A stretch of DNA of 64,000 bases. Source: Octopus vulgaris (Eukaryota). The notes under the pieces are model-generated. The model was given only the letters and a program-made list of their open reading frames with translations. It was not told where the DNA came from and ran no database searches. Each line of letters starts with the position of its first letter. The stretch's first letter is position 1. A program made the translations under genes and the position numbers. Where the stretch lies: NCBI GenBank assembly GCA_951406725.2, contig OX597822.1:53878001-53942000 (forward strand), given 5' to 3'. Below are positions 12,203 to 25,449 of the stretch, piece by piece.

Positions 12203-12977
12203 GTTAGTATTAGCTTTGCTAACCGTTTTCTTAAAGTTACTTATTAGCTTCATCGATAATTTTCATGGAAAATTTCAGTTTTTTTTTTTTTTTTTTCTAA
12301 TGAGTCAGTTTGTTGGAAGGATCTTTGCTCAAGGCTCTCACAAGCTATCCTAGACAAAGTTTCCTCTTGAAATGCTGAATGCTGCAAGAAAAATGTGGAC
12401 AAAGAATGAATTCTAGAGGGATATTAGTGTTGGACTTGTGGGATAGGTGGACACAACAATATGGTTGATAAGAAAAAGAGAGATGAGTGTTGAAAGTGGT
12501 GTCTGAGGAGAGGCAGCAAAGATAACATGCTCTGAAAAGCAGAGGCCACTATAGTAATACTAGGAAAAGCAATGAAGACCCAGAACCAAGTGGTTGGAGA
12601 GCAAGCTTCTTACCACACAACCACACCTGCACCTAAAAGCATAAGTTGTCCCTGGGTGACGTGGTTAAAGAATATTTCGTAATTACTAACAACTCTAGTG
12701 TTTTATATCTTACGATTGCGTTTCACAATCTTTTATAAGGTATTTGTCAGTCTGCTGCATTAGTAGTAATAAGTAATAGTTAATAATAATTAATAATTAT
12801 TATCAGTGGATTATCATTATATATTTTGGAACTAGTAAGTAACTTTGTAGTTTCCATTACTAATTAAACTGAAGAAGCATGCGGTGGTTTGACATTCATT
12901 TTATTTGTTGATTTAAAGATACTACTGATAGCTTTTTCAGATTCTCCTAGAATGCAGATGGGTGTATGTGGTGTGTG

Positions 12978-13038
<61 letters not shown>

Positions 13039-14851
13039 TCACACACACATAACTATAACCAGGTCTTGTATATGTAGCTATAACTGGTCTTGTATATGTA
13101 TGCATGGACACTCTAAATCATTATAGCACAGGGACATGTTGCATGGTCATGCTAGTTTGTTTTTTTTATATTATGTAATTTTCTTTTTATTGAATGTTTT
13201 CCATGTTTTGCTATGTCAGCTACAATGTACTTTTTGCATGTAGCTTGTAATATGTTTGCTTTTGTTGTGAAAGTAAGCTCCGAAACAAAACAAAAACAAA
13301 AAAGACTCAAAAATGCTTGCTAAAACTTTATGAATAGCTGTTGATGAAAAATAATAAGTTGTCATGTGCATGGACAACAGCCAAAATCAAAAATAGTCTT
13401 GTATATGTTCTTGATATGTTTTGGCTGATGCAAACATGAACAAGCTTAGGATATTCACATTTGAATTCACTGGAATGTCACAGGAATGAACGTTTATGTC
13501 ATTGTTGCGTTAATTAAAGCATACAGAACTCAACTCTATTACAACATACAAATACAAAGAAATAGGAAAGAAGAGAGATAAGAAAGGAAAGGGGGAGAAA
13601 GTGTGTGTGTAGGGAGTGGGGGTGTAAAGCTGCAGGAGATGGAGGGGGTGGAGGTGATGGGCCACATATCCCAGAACAAATTATGTGCTCAGCTGCGCCC
13701 TGTGGCACAACTCCTGTTATTTATTATATTCACCACCACAGCCATTCCTCATCTCTCACTCTCCCATTCACTCATGTACTCCTGGTTCTTCTGCACTCCT
13801 CTACATTTACTTCTACACACCTGATAGATTGATGGTCCACACACAGATCTTCATCACCACTATTTTTATCTCTTCCCTGCTCCACCCTCATCATTCTCCA
13901 TCCTTTTTTCTAAAATGTTAGAAACCATCCATGTGGGTCCTACTCTAGCTCTTTCTCTTGTAACCCCCCCCCCCCCCATCTAGCATAAAAGGTTTAAGGT
14001 CCTATAAGCTCTCGGGGTCTTATAAGCTGCATGGTGATCCCACATGTGCTGGTGGTATGAAAAATACCCAGTACAGACTGTGAAGTGGTTGGTGTTAGAA
14101 GAGTACCCGACTGTGGAAATCATGCCTGAACAGACAGTTGAGTACAATACAGGTCTTGGACCTGTTGGATTCTGTCAATCCATCCAACCCATGCAAGTGT
14201 GGAACAAGGAAGTTGAATGATGATGATGAAATTATTTTATTCAGTTTTTGCTTAAATTCTGTATGAACTTGTTTAAGTGTTAGTAAACCATAGAAACCAA
14301 GCATTAGTTGAAAGTCTCAGGCATTGCCATACTCATTCAGGCTTAGCTAATTAGGTAGAGAGTTTGAGAAAGTCAAGTGGCTATATAGTAACATGTGTTT
14401 TTTTTTTCATTTTGTTGCTTTTAAAGAATTATTTTGTTGCTTGTTATTCCCATAGTGTGTGGCTTGTAAAGTGCTCTGCCTAGTGCTAAATTTAGGTTAT
14501 AGGAACAATTGCATATGAAAGTCAACCAGATGTTTTTTTAAAATCCAAGTTACATTGTTTTAATATAAGCTCTGTAATAATAAGTCCATTCTGTGAAATA
14601 ATCTAAATGGGAATTTATTTTTGTTTTATGCTTTTTGTAGGAAGATAGTTTGTCAGAAATAATGAATGAGAGCTTTTATTAATATCTCTACAATTTTGTA
14701 CATGGTGTAATAATTACAGAGAAAGATTATTACATTTCTCTTTATGTCTGTTGATGTTTTCTTTCATCCTATTTTTCCTAACAGTGATAAATGCTTATTA
14801 TTATTATTATTATCATTATTATTATTATTATTATCATTATTATTATTATTA

Positions 14852-14882
<31 letters not shown>

Positions 14883-15486
14883 AATAATATCATCTTGAAG
14901 ATCTACCATTATTATTATTATATCTTGAAAATCTACCATTAAATTATCATGTATTCAAAAGCTACCTATCATTAAATAGTTGTTTACCATTAACCCTTTG
15001 TGATACCAACCAACCTGAAACCACCCTTCGTTCTAGGATATAAACATTCGGTTTTAAAGTGATTTGAAATTTAAAAAAAAGATGCTATGTTAATTTATGC
15101 TCTAAGCACCAGATTAATAATGGCAGATGGAAACTGAAAGAAACCTCTCATCTATGTGTGTGTGTGTGTGTGTTTCTGTTTCCTTGTCTAGATGTTAGGC
15201 TTTAGTTGTAAACTTTCACTGCTAATCATACAGATGATGCTGTTTGCTTCCAGTCATCTGTAGAAACCTGTACAATCATAAGGAAAAAAAATACCTTACT
15301 TGGAAACAGGTGAGGGTTTGGAGATAAGGGTGCCTGGCCTTAAAAAGGTTTTCGTCAAGAAATTCTGTGTGATCCATGCAAGTATGGAAAATTGGACATT
15401 AAAACGATATATATATATAAAAAATTTAATGTACAATATATGGATTTGTGTAATCCAGTGGTAATCACAAGAAAGCTCCTCTAGAA

Positions 15487-15705
15487 AGGTGGTGAGCTGG
15501 CAGAAACGTTAGAACGCCGACGAAATGCTTAGCAGTATTTTGTTTGCTCTTATGTTCTGAGTTCAAATTCGGCTGAGGTCGACTTGGCCTTTCATCCTTT
15601 TGTGGTCTATAGATTAAGTACCAGTTACGCACTGGGGTTGATGTAATCGACTTAATCCCTTTGTCTGTCCTTGTTCAGCCCCTTGTGGGCAATAAAGAAA
15701 TAAGA
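15487..15705 (+). mobile_element. tRNA-derived SINE (family 2, MetaSINE-like core)
   Basis: GGTGAGCTGGCAGAA head, GAGTTCAAAT B-box and GCCTTTCATCCTTT...AGTACCAG core. Further copies lie at 27701-27915, 41690-42068 (-), 37380-37980 (-) and 61910-62105. Confidence 0.7.
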
Positions 15706-17284
15706 AAGCTCCTCTAGTGAACCTGGCTACAAACCACATAGTAAACTACTATGTAGGAGTGTAATGGAGAGTCCTATGTAATTGAAATCTCATAAATCCA
15801 ATCATCATCATCATCATCAAGCATCCGTTCTCCATGCTAGCATGGGTTGGACGGTTCAACTGGGGTCTGTGAAGCTGGAAGGCTTCATCAGGCCCAGTCA
15901 GATCTGGCAGTGTTTCTACGGCTGGATGCCCTAAAAATTATTTCATGAGGGGTGTATAGAATATAAAAAAAGTCAGGTTGTATGGGATTCTTGTATTCTT
16001 TTGTATGTTTCAGCCATAAGGCTGTGGCCATGCTGGGGCACTGCCAGGAGAATATATTTATTTCACCAATTGATATCAATAGGATGTTGGCCATTTCGCA
16101 GACAACATCATGCAAAAATAATTTATTTTATTGCATAACAAATTATTTTACATGTCAACGCTAGTGAATATGCTATAAATTGCATAGTACTATTGTACAT
16201 TTTACAAACCAATGCAGATATAGAGGCTAAATCTTCTGATCAACAGAATACAATGGTTACATCAGTATTTCAACTTCAGTATACACATAAAATCATCTTG
16301 AAATTTATAATGTATGGAAGATCACACACACACACACACATACATGTTTATGAATATTTGGAAAAAAAAAAAATATATATATATGTACACACACACATAT
16401 ATACATATACACACATCTATATATATATTATAAGTATGGTCTATTAGTAATTAGAACCAAAAGGTAAAATTGATAGAGGTCACAAAGTGACAGAGAACTG
16501 ACTAGTACCACTTATGCTAAAAATAAGAGTTAAAAAACTCCAAAACCTCAAAAGCACTCTCTTAATAACTGCATACATAGTTGGATTGCAATTTTGGATT
16601 TTGATGTAGACCATTTTAATCCTCACCAGTGACTCTTAACTCCTGCAGTTAAATTCAGCTGCCATACATTCTAAAGATGAGATCAAATAGTGTAATATAA
16701 TAAAAAGTTTAGTTTTTAATTCTTTAATCTACTATTTGTTTCATCAACATTGACAATTATAAAGTCAAAAGAGTTGAGAAAGGCCTTTAACATTGCATTT
16801 AATTTTTCTATGGTTATTTATGATGTTGAAAACATTGTTAATAACCATTTCCAATCCCACCCCCGTTTTTTAATTGAATCTGTTTTCAGTGACCCCTTTG
16901 TCGCCCCTTATTATGAAATTGTCATGCAATCTCAATTCCTGGCAGCTATTCAATGTATTTTATGAACATGCTCTATAATAATTTGGTTACCACAATGGCG
17001 AAGGCTAGACTACTACTTATGAATGATGGCATTTGGAGGTGTCTCCTTTTCATGCTCAGCCCAAGAATGCTGATCATTAGTTTTTCATCAGTGCATTTAA
17101 ACTTACTGTGGTGGTTATCTATGTTATTGAAAATGTTGCAAATTATCAAATTATTATGTTGTGTTAACCTTTTTAAAAAGGACGAAGAATTTAGTAAAAT
17201 AACTTTGTTGTTATTAAGCTGGTGTTTGGAACATAAATTATCATTAAATTTTGATGGAAGGTTTTAACTTGGATCCTATTTCTA

Positions 17285-18052
17285 ATGCCTTATATACCCA
17301 CTTTTTCTCTCAGATTACTTACACTCTGTTGTACATGCACACTGACATTACCCATCCAGTGGAGCATGCTGGCTTCATTTTTTTCAAGCCTTTGCTTGTC
17401 CTCAGTAGTCACAGCCCATGTCTCACTGCCACGTAACATAATTGTATGTACACAGGCATCATACAATCTACCTTTCACTCTAAGGGAGGGGCCCTTTTTT
17501 ACTAACAAAAGTAGTAGCTCTCTGAACTTTGCCCAGCCTGTTCTTATTCTAGCAGCTACACTTTCAGAACCACCTCCACTGCTTACTTGGTTGCCTAATT
17601 AAAGGAAACTATCTACTACTAAAGATCCCACCAGATATTTGAGGGAGTCTATTATCTGTACTTTCCTAGTGCTACATACAAAGACTACTTTTTTCTGTTA
17701 ACCTTCCTGTGATACCGTTGTACCTCTTGTGTGCATTGGGTACAATGTATGGCATTTCTACCAATAACTCTTCTACATACCGAGCAAGGCCATCTCATTT
17801 TCTTACTTAATAGGACTTTGGTCTTTGTTAAATTAACTCTAAAGCTCTTTGATCCCAGACCTTGCTTCCACACCTGAACTTTCTTATAGCTCTAAGAACA
17901 AGGTCATCAGTATAGAGGAGTTCCCAGGAGTAGCCAGGTCTTAAATTTCTCTGTTATAGCCAGGAGGAATATGGTAAACAAGAGAGGCTGAGAACCAATT
18001 CTTGGTGAACTCCTACCTATAACACTAAATTCCTCATTATACTTATTGCCAA
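17285..18052 (-). mobile_element. Decayed RTE-clade LINE reverse-transcriptase fragment
   Basis: ORF pieces SLRVKGRLYDACVHTIMLRGSETW and RVNLTKTKVL, plus a degenerate WELLY-DDL motif near 17900-17930. Frameshifted. Confidence 0.8.
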
Positions 18053-18638
18053 CTTTTCATTATTTTCAAAATTAATTGAAATAAATGTAGTTATTTTCAG
18101 CAGAAACATGGTAACAAAAGAGTTAAAGTGCCCTAATTAAAACCTTCCATCAAAATTTCATATGTTAATTTATGTTATAAACCTTAATAATGACAATATA
18201 TTTTGCTGAATTTTTCAATATTTTCAAAATTATTTGAATGTTGTCTGATTAACAGAAATATGGTTACAAAAAAGCTAATTTAACCCTTTAGTATTAAAAT
18301 TTTTCAGTCAGATGTGAAGCTTATTTATTCACATTGTTTTGAGTTAATTAGGCATTTTCTCAAAGCTTTAAGAGTTCAATAATATGATTGTTGCATTTTT
18401 AGAATGACATTGTAGGGTAGGTCTGAGAGATCAAATCTGGCTGGTTTGAACGAACATAAAATTATTTGGGTTTGATATGGCCAGTTTAAATACGAAAGGG
18501 TTAAGGTATATTTATTTTTATTTTTATAAATGTAGAAACTTTATATGTGACGTTACTGAAGCAAACATTCTTTATATAATTTTATAATTTTAGTAATTTA
18601 CATTTGCAGCAGAAGACAGATTAAACATTTAGTAATTA

Positions 18639-19039
18639 CTAGCAGTATCGCCAGGCGTTGTTCGGGTTTGTAAGGGAAATAACTATAAGTATTTTTAGAG
18701 AGTTATAGCAAAAAAAAAAATAGCAAAAAAATGCATTAAAAATGGGAAAAAAATGATGGTAAATTTTTTTAAAAATCGTTGACTCATCGTAGACATTTTT
18801 AGAGAGTTACTTCCCTTATATAATATCGAAAAAATGCATTAAAATGGAAAAAAAATGATGGTAAATTCTTTTTAAAATCGTAGACTTATCGTAGGCGCGT
18901 GCTAATACCCAGAAGGGCTCGATATGAATCACGACTATAAGATACCCGGTTTGGGTTAAACTGCACCGCAAAATGTGGGAGTAGTTAGGAATCTAAATCG
19001 TAGGAGACAGACACACAACCTTACTTTTATATATAAAGA
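18639..19039 (-). mobile_element. Non-autonomous Helitron
   Basis: On the minus strand it starts TCTTTATATATAAAAG and ends with a CCCGAACAACGCCTGG hairpin then CTAG. It is inserted between A and T, and closely matches 32038-32420. Confidence 0.85.
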
Positions 19040-19651
19040 TTTTTCAAATCAATCTCCTTATTGAAGCCTTCATCAATGTTCACTGCATTCACTTCTATCA
19101 TCATCTCTTTTGTCTGTCAGTCCCGTTTCACACTCTCAAAGACCCACCCAGCTACCTTCAATTTACTGTCCCTATTCTCTCATCATCCACCTTCTTGTTC
19201 TTTAAATGTATGTCCTGACACTTCATCTTCACTATCCTTTCTTCCTGTGTTGCTAGGGTAGCCATGTATCCCCTCTACATGCAAGATACATGGCACCTGC
19301 TTCTCTATCATACTTTAACCTCCACTCAGTCAAAGGAGCCTTGAGAGTTACTTGGTGACCTTGCTAGTGCTGGTGCCATGAAAAACAGCACTCAGTACAC
19401 TCTGTAAAATGGTTGGTGTTTGAAAGGGTATTCAGCCACAGAAATGATGCCAAAAATAACATTGGAGCTTAACACAGTCCTCTGGCTTGTTGGATCCTGT
19501 AGAACTGTCCAATTTTTGCCAACATAGAATACAGGGGTCAAGTGATGATGATGATGATGCCACTGCTGCTGATGATGTAGTAGTACTATATAAGCATGAT
19601 GTTTCACATTTGCATGCAGTTAAATGTTTTTTTTTTTTTGCTTTTTTACAG

Positions 19652-19816
19652 TGGAGCGGATCAGTTTTGAAACAGTTCTCCCTATTTTACAAACTATCAA
19701 TCGGAATAAAGATCCAGTTACTTTTGAAGATTTAGTTGAAGGGTTCAAAGTTTTCGACAAAGATCAAAATGGGTTCGTCAGCAGTGCTGAGATGCGTCAT
19801 CTTTTATCTGGATTAG
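19652..19816 (+). CDS. Mlc-c: Myosin essential light chain exon 4 (MERISFETVLPILQTINRNKDPVTFEDLVEGFKVFDKDQNGFVSSAEMRHLLSGL)
   Basis: TTTTACAG acceptor and GTAAAG donor. The ERISFE..LPI and EG..VFDKD..G..S.AE.RHLL motifs match non-muscle ELCs (Drosophila Mlc-c, vertebrate MYL6). Confidence 0.95.
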
Positions 19817-20738
19817 GTAAAGATTTCCTTCAATGGTTTTTGATTTGTTTTGTTTATCGCTTTTTAATCTAGAATCTCCATTCACATAGAAAAAAAACCC
19901 CAAAAAACCAACTACATTTGGTTTGGTTATTCTGACTTGTGGAAATAGTTTAAACACTAAGTTACAACTAAGGCAATAGCTATGACATTATAGTGCTTCT
20001 TAAGATATGTTTTGAATAATCTTGAAATGGCATTCTTCATATTCATGCTATAATTTCATTTGGAGCATATTTTGTTTTTTTTTTATGTCCAAAGGGCATC
20101 CAGCTGTAAAAACTCTGCCAGATTAGATTGGAGTCTGGTGGAAGCAATCTGGTTTGCCAGACCTCAGTCAAATCATCCAACCCATGCTAGCATGGAAAGC
20201 AGACGTTAAATGATGATGATCTACGACTCCATTGCCCAATGTGTTCTTTTCAACCCTTTAGCATTCAGGTTACTCTGTCAAATGTTATGCACATTCATTC
20301 ACATTCTTTTGAATAAATCAAGCATTATCTTGTGGCTTTGAGATTTCTGTGATGCAATTGTTTATGAATGACATTGTCAGGTAGGTGTGGGAGGCCATAT
20401 CTGGCGAATTTGAACATAAAACCAGTAGAGCAATTTAGGTCAGTTACAGCCAGTTTGAATACTAAAGGCTTAAGAGAGAGATTTGCTTGCTATTTTTAGC
20501 AGTTTGAACAACTACATACAAGCTCCCTCTGTGGTTGAGGAAGAAACAGTTGTAGAGGACATACATTTGGTGTTATGTTAATATTTAATGTCAACTGTAG
20601 AATCTCCCTGCTTAAAAAAATCTCTGTGAAAACACAAGAGTAACTGCAATAACACATTCAAATTCCATTGTTAAGTTAAATGATTAATTACATTCATTCA
20701 CAAAAAGCGGGAGAGTAAAATATGTTCCTTTATTACAG

Positions 20739-20816
20739 GTGAAAGATTGACTTCTGAAGAAGCTGATCAATTATTGCAAGGTGTTGAAGACTCACATGGT
20801 AATGTTAATTATGAAG
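20739..20816 (+). CDS. Mlc-c: Myosin essential light chain exon 5 (GERLTSEEADQLLQGVEDSHGNVNYE)
   Basis: TTACAG acceptor and GTAAGT donor. GE.LT.EE..QLL...ED..G.VNYE is the ELC EF-hand 4. Confidence 0.95.
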
Positions 20817-20911
20817 GTAAGTTCTTTGTTCTGTAATTATCATCTTACCAGGAATTATACATTCTTTTAAAAAAAAATTTCTGAGATTTATTCATGTGTT
20901 GTAGTCTTAAG

Positions 20912-21387
20912 AGTGGATCTTGTGGAATGGTTAAAGTTTGCAGATCACATCATGTCAACAACACTTTGGCCAGACATAAGTGATCTCAAATTCCATCAAA
21001 CAGGTGATCATATGGAAACTGACTATGCTCTTGGAGGATGTTCATGAGAGGAAGATTGCCAAATACCAAGAGCTGCTAGAGTAGTACAGAAATTGGAGCT
21101 GGCAGGATTTTGTGGGGCATTCATTCTGCAAAGCCCTGACTGAACTTGTAGTTACTGGTGCAACAAAGAGGAGGGCCATAAATTCCATCACTGAAGCTGG
21201 AGAGAAGGCCACTAGGTGACTTTGGATTGGATAAACAGGGTAGACAGGCGGTTTGCTGTTATTTGGGACTTGACCAACCCTGGTTGGGTCAGCTGGGTGA
21301 AGGGTTCTGATGGTGAAAACCTGAAACCCCTGAGCACCCTAAAATATCACTGATGATGCATCTAAAGCATCTCTGTGATGTATCTTG
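20912..21387 (+). mobile_element. HERO-like (R2-group, RLE) LINE 3' fragment in intron 5
   Basis: Decayed translation VDL..LKF..HI..TTLWPDI and EDVHERKIAKYQELLE...GATKRRAINSITEAGEKATR*LW, typical of HERO restriction-like endonucleases. The 3' UTR is also present at about 4655-4781. Confidence 0.7.
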
Positions 21388-22370
21388 AAATAATTGTTTC
21401 CTTTTCTTCAGCCATTTTACCTACAATGGTGTTTGTAGGTGTGATATGTAGCTTGCAATGTGTAGCGCATTCATTTTTGGCATATTGTAGCTCTTATGAT
21501 ATCTATTAAAAATTGTGATGTGAATTATAAGATGCTCTCAAGTGTTGCTGGAGATAAGCTGTGATGATAGATTTATATAAAGATATTATTACTCAGTATG
21601 GAGTTAGTATTCTGATTTTAAATGTTGGTGTCTAAATGTAGTGACATGATCATCATCATCATCTGATGACCATGTTCAATGCTGGCATGAATTGGATGGT
21701 TTGACAGGATCCAATGGCCATGGACCCAAGGACTTCATTGTACTCCATTGTCTGTTTTAGTATGGTTTCTACAGATTGATGTTCTTCTTAATGCCAACTA
21801 CTTCACAATGTATATAGGATAGTGCTTTTTTTTTTTTTGTGACACCAGTACAAGTGCAGGGATTTCAGTGTGCAAGACTATGAACTCCAGGAGAAATGGC
21901 TTTATGCAATTAGATGAGGGGTAGGCCAGTATGAGAGAAAAAGGGCCAGAGCAAAACAGGTTCTTTTTTGCTGTAGAGGGGTTTCATGGCTACTCATATT
22001 TTAGAAGAGAGGGTGGTGTGGTATGGTTGGAGCTGAGAAGAGATAGAAAAGGATGTTAGATACTAATATTGTTAGCAAAGGGTATGTATAAATTGTACAG
22101 ATGTTTAAAAGGGTTTGCATGTATGAATTAAAGAAGAATTTGTAGCCCTCCCATCATTCAAGAGTTCATGGATTTTGGGAGTTATATAATGTACATTTGA
22201 CATCCTACGATAATATTTATAATAATATAGGCTTGATATTCTCATAGGTAATTAGCGAATATTTGTGGCTGTTATTCTCTAAATATTTTATTATAAAATG
22301 CCACACAATAATCATTTTACGTAGTAGTTCGTCTCCAGGTATCTTACAAATTGTTTTTTTCCTTTTACAG

Positions 22371-22399
22371 AACTGATCCGCATGGTTCTTGCAGGTTGA
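22371..22399 (+). CDS. Mlc-c: Myosin essential light chain exon 6 (ELIRMVLAG*)
   Basis: TTTTACAG acceptor and TGA stop. The spliced CDS totals 444 nt, giving 147 aa plus stop. Confidence 0.9.
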
Positions 22400-22801
22400 T
22401 TTACTCTTTCTGTACTGTGTGGAAAGATGCCTTATCTCCGAAGAACTTTTCACAGCTCTGCTGCTATGTAAATCTTTAACCTACAAAATAATATTCATAA
22501 TTCAATTGACATGGAAGTGTTGAAGCAAGGTGATTGTGACTTATCAGTGTTGATGTGTATTCCACACAAATTACTTTCATGCTTCCATCATTTTCGGCTA
22601 ATACTTTTACTAATAGATGATGATCTACCATTTCTTCTCTCTTCATTTCTTCTCTCTCTCTCTCACTCTTTTTATGCTTTTTTTTTTTTAATTTAGATCT
22701 TTTCAACATTTTATTTTTCTAGTTGACTTCTTGACATCTGTAGTATATGTATGAAAATGATTATATTCATATAAAATGTCTTTGATAATTTCGAGTTATT
22801 A

Positions 22802-22807
22802 AATAAA
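22802..22807 (+). terminator. Probable polyadenylation signal of the light chain gene
   Basis: AATAAA about 400 nt after the stop, followed by T-rich tracts. Confidence 0.55.
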
Positions 22808-24252
22808 CATTTATTATACAAATGATTTAAATGCTTCAGTTTTTTTTTTCCAATCTTTTTTTTTTTTGAGATACTTGTCACCTATAATTATTCCAAAGAA
22901 TTTAAAATTTGCTATCAAATGGAGTTTTATTTCTTTTACCAGTTCTAAATCTTAAGTATAAATATTGCGAGGTGCCTGTGGTAAGAAGTTTGCTTTCCAG
23001 CCACATGGTTCCATGTTCAATCTCACTGAATAGTACCTTGGGCAAATGTTTTCTGATATAGCCCTGGGCCGACTGAAGCCTTGTTGTGAGTGAAATTGAT
23101 GGGCAGAAACTGAAAGAAGCCTGTTGTGTATGTGTTACTTGACAGCATTTAGTTGTGAGTGTCACCATCATGGTGTACTTAATTTCCAATCATCCATGAA
23201 AACATATTTGGTCATGGGGAAATGGGTGAGAGTTAGCTACATGAAAGTCATCCACGGGTGAGAGTTAGCTACATGAAGGTCTTCCAGCTGTAGAAAATCT
23301 GCCGCAACAAATTCAGTCTGACCCACATGAGCATGAGTATATATATGGACATGATGATGATTTTAACCAATTATCTGGCATGGAATTTCTCTTTGTGTCA
23401 CAATCACTAATTTCATTTAATTTTCTCTTGATTACTTTCTCGTTCTTGGTAAATGTGGGGGACATAATCAAAACATACACCATCTTTCATGTATTACAAC
23501 GCATTGATGTCATCCTGCTTAATCCTTTCGTGTTTAAGCGGGTTATATCTGAGGTGATACAAGGACAGCCTGAAGACTTACCTTGAGGCCTGCGGCATTT
23601 CAACCCGTGGCTGGGAATCGCTTGCTTCCCAACTACATGGTCTCAGGTTCAGTTCCACTGTGTGGCACTTTGAGCAAGTGTCTTCTTCTATAGCCTTGGG
23701 CCAACCAAAGCCTTAAGAGTGGATTTGGTAGATGGAAACTGAAAGAAGCTCAGGTGGCACGTAAAAAGCACCCACTACACTCACGGAGTGGTTGGCGTTA
23801 GGAAGGGCATCCAGCTGTAGAAACATTGCCAGATAAGACCGGAGCCTGGTGCAGCCTTCTGGCTTTCCAGATCCCCGGTCGAACCGTCCAACCCATGCTA
23901 GCATGGAGAACGGACGTTAAGCGATGATGATGATATATATATATACACACACATAAATAATGCATGTGTGTCTGTGTTTGTGTGCCCCCCCCTCCGACAA
24001 TAGGTATCCATATGTTTACATCCCTGCAACTTAGCAGTTTGGCGAAAAAGGAGATTGATGAAATAGGTACAAGGCTTAAAAAACAAAAAAAAGTAATGGT
24101 GTTGATTCATCTGACTAAGATTCTTCAAGGTGGTGCTGCAGTATGGCCACAGTTTAATGATTGAAACAAATAAAAGAACAAAAATGAACCACATCATCAA
24201 AATCTCAAAACTATATGGTGATACATGATTAATTTAAAACAATGTGAATGTA

Positions 24253-24494
24253 TAGGTTTGGCTAAAAGTCACCCGACAGTAAATCAAAATTCCATAAATA
24301 CTATCTGTAATTCTGTATTGACTCAAATGGAAAAATGTGTTGCTCAAGGAGGACTTCAGTTTGAACAATTTGAACAATTTTCATGATGTTTCGTAGTCAA
24401 ATGCTTTTATTAAATTCATTCAGTTGTTAAACATAAATAAATCTTGGAATTAAATGGTTTTGATTTACTGTCAGGTGACTTTTGGCCAACCCTG
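24253..24494. mobile_element. Tc1/mariner MITE
   Basis: TIR of about 37 bp (TAGGTTTGGCTAAAAGTCACCCGACAGTAAATCAAAA / TTTTGATTTACTGTCAGGTGACTTTTGGCCAACCCTG) flanked by TA. Confidence 0.8.
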
Positions 24495-25449
24495 TAACAA
24501 ACGTTACGTTTCACTGTAATCTGTATGCTAAAGGGTTAAGCTATAGATAATCATTTCGTTTAATGTCTGCTTTCCATGCTGGCATGGGTTGGATGGTTTG
24601 ACTGAGGACTGGCAAACCAGGAGGCTGCACCAGACTCCAATCTGATCTGGCAGAGTTTCTATAGCTTGATGCCCTTCCTAATGCCAACCACTCCGAGAGT
24701 GTAGTGGGTGTTTTTACATGCCACCGGCTTGAGGGCCAGTCAGGCGGTACTGGCAATCGCCATGCTCAAATGTTTTTTTTTTTTATGTGTCACCTGCACA
24801 GGAGCCAGTCCAGTGACATTGGCAACAACCTTGCTCGAACGTTTTTCTTGTGCCACCGGCACAAGTGCTAGTAAGGCGACACTGGTAACAATCACGGTTG
24901 AATGGTGCTTTTTACATGCCACTGGCATGGGAGCTAGTCAGCAGTCCTGGCAACGATCAGGCTCAGATGGTGCTCTTAGTGCTCCACTGGCTGTAAATAA
25001 TATTTTTAAATAAAAGTTTGTTACAAATAAAATAGAATTAAAGGGATTTCACAGGTGCAGGCATGGCTGTGTGATTAAGAAGTTTGCTTCCCAGTCATGT
25101 GGTTTTAGGTTCAGTCTCACTGTATTGCACTTTGCGCAAATGTCTTCTACTATAGCCTTGGACTGACCAAAATCTTGGGAGTGGATTTGGTAGACAGAAA
25201 CTGAAAAGAAAAAAAAAACAATTGTATATAATAAACATGCACATGGTGATTTGCTGTGTTTGAGAAGACATGTCAAGCTAAGTGACATTGTAGTCATGGC
25301 TAGTGCTGGTGACCCCTTAAAGGCACCCATGCTGGTGACATGTAAAAGGCACTCTTGCCACTGACACGTGAAAGACACTCAGTGCACTCTGTGGAGTGGT
25401 TCGCAACAGGAAGGGCATCCAGCTGTAGAAACCAAGCCAAAACAAACTG

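Noticed and set aside
12700-12760. Minus-strand CTGACAA...GAAACGCAATCGTA
   Set aside because: Core mismatch and no stem I complement.
13605-13832. TTPVIYYIH resembling a Penelope GIY-YIG start
   Set aside because: No YIG motif or other supporting residues, so the match is too weak.
21301-21331. CTGATG...GAAAC resembling a hammerhead (also at about 4692-4723)
   Set aside because: The core is not CUGANGA, and the flanks pair with each other in a single stem with no stem I/III or UH site. Treated as the HERO 3' UTR.
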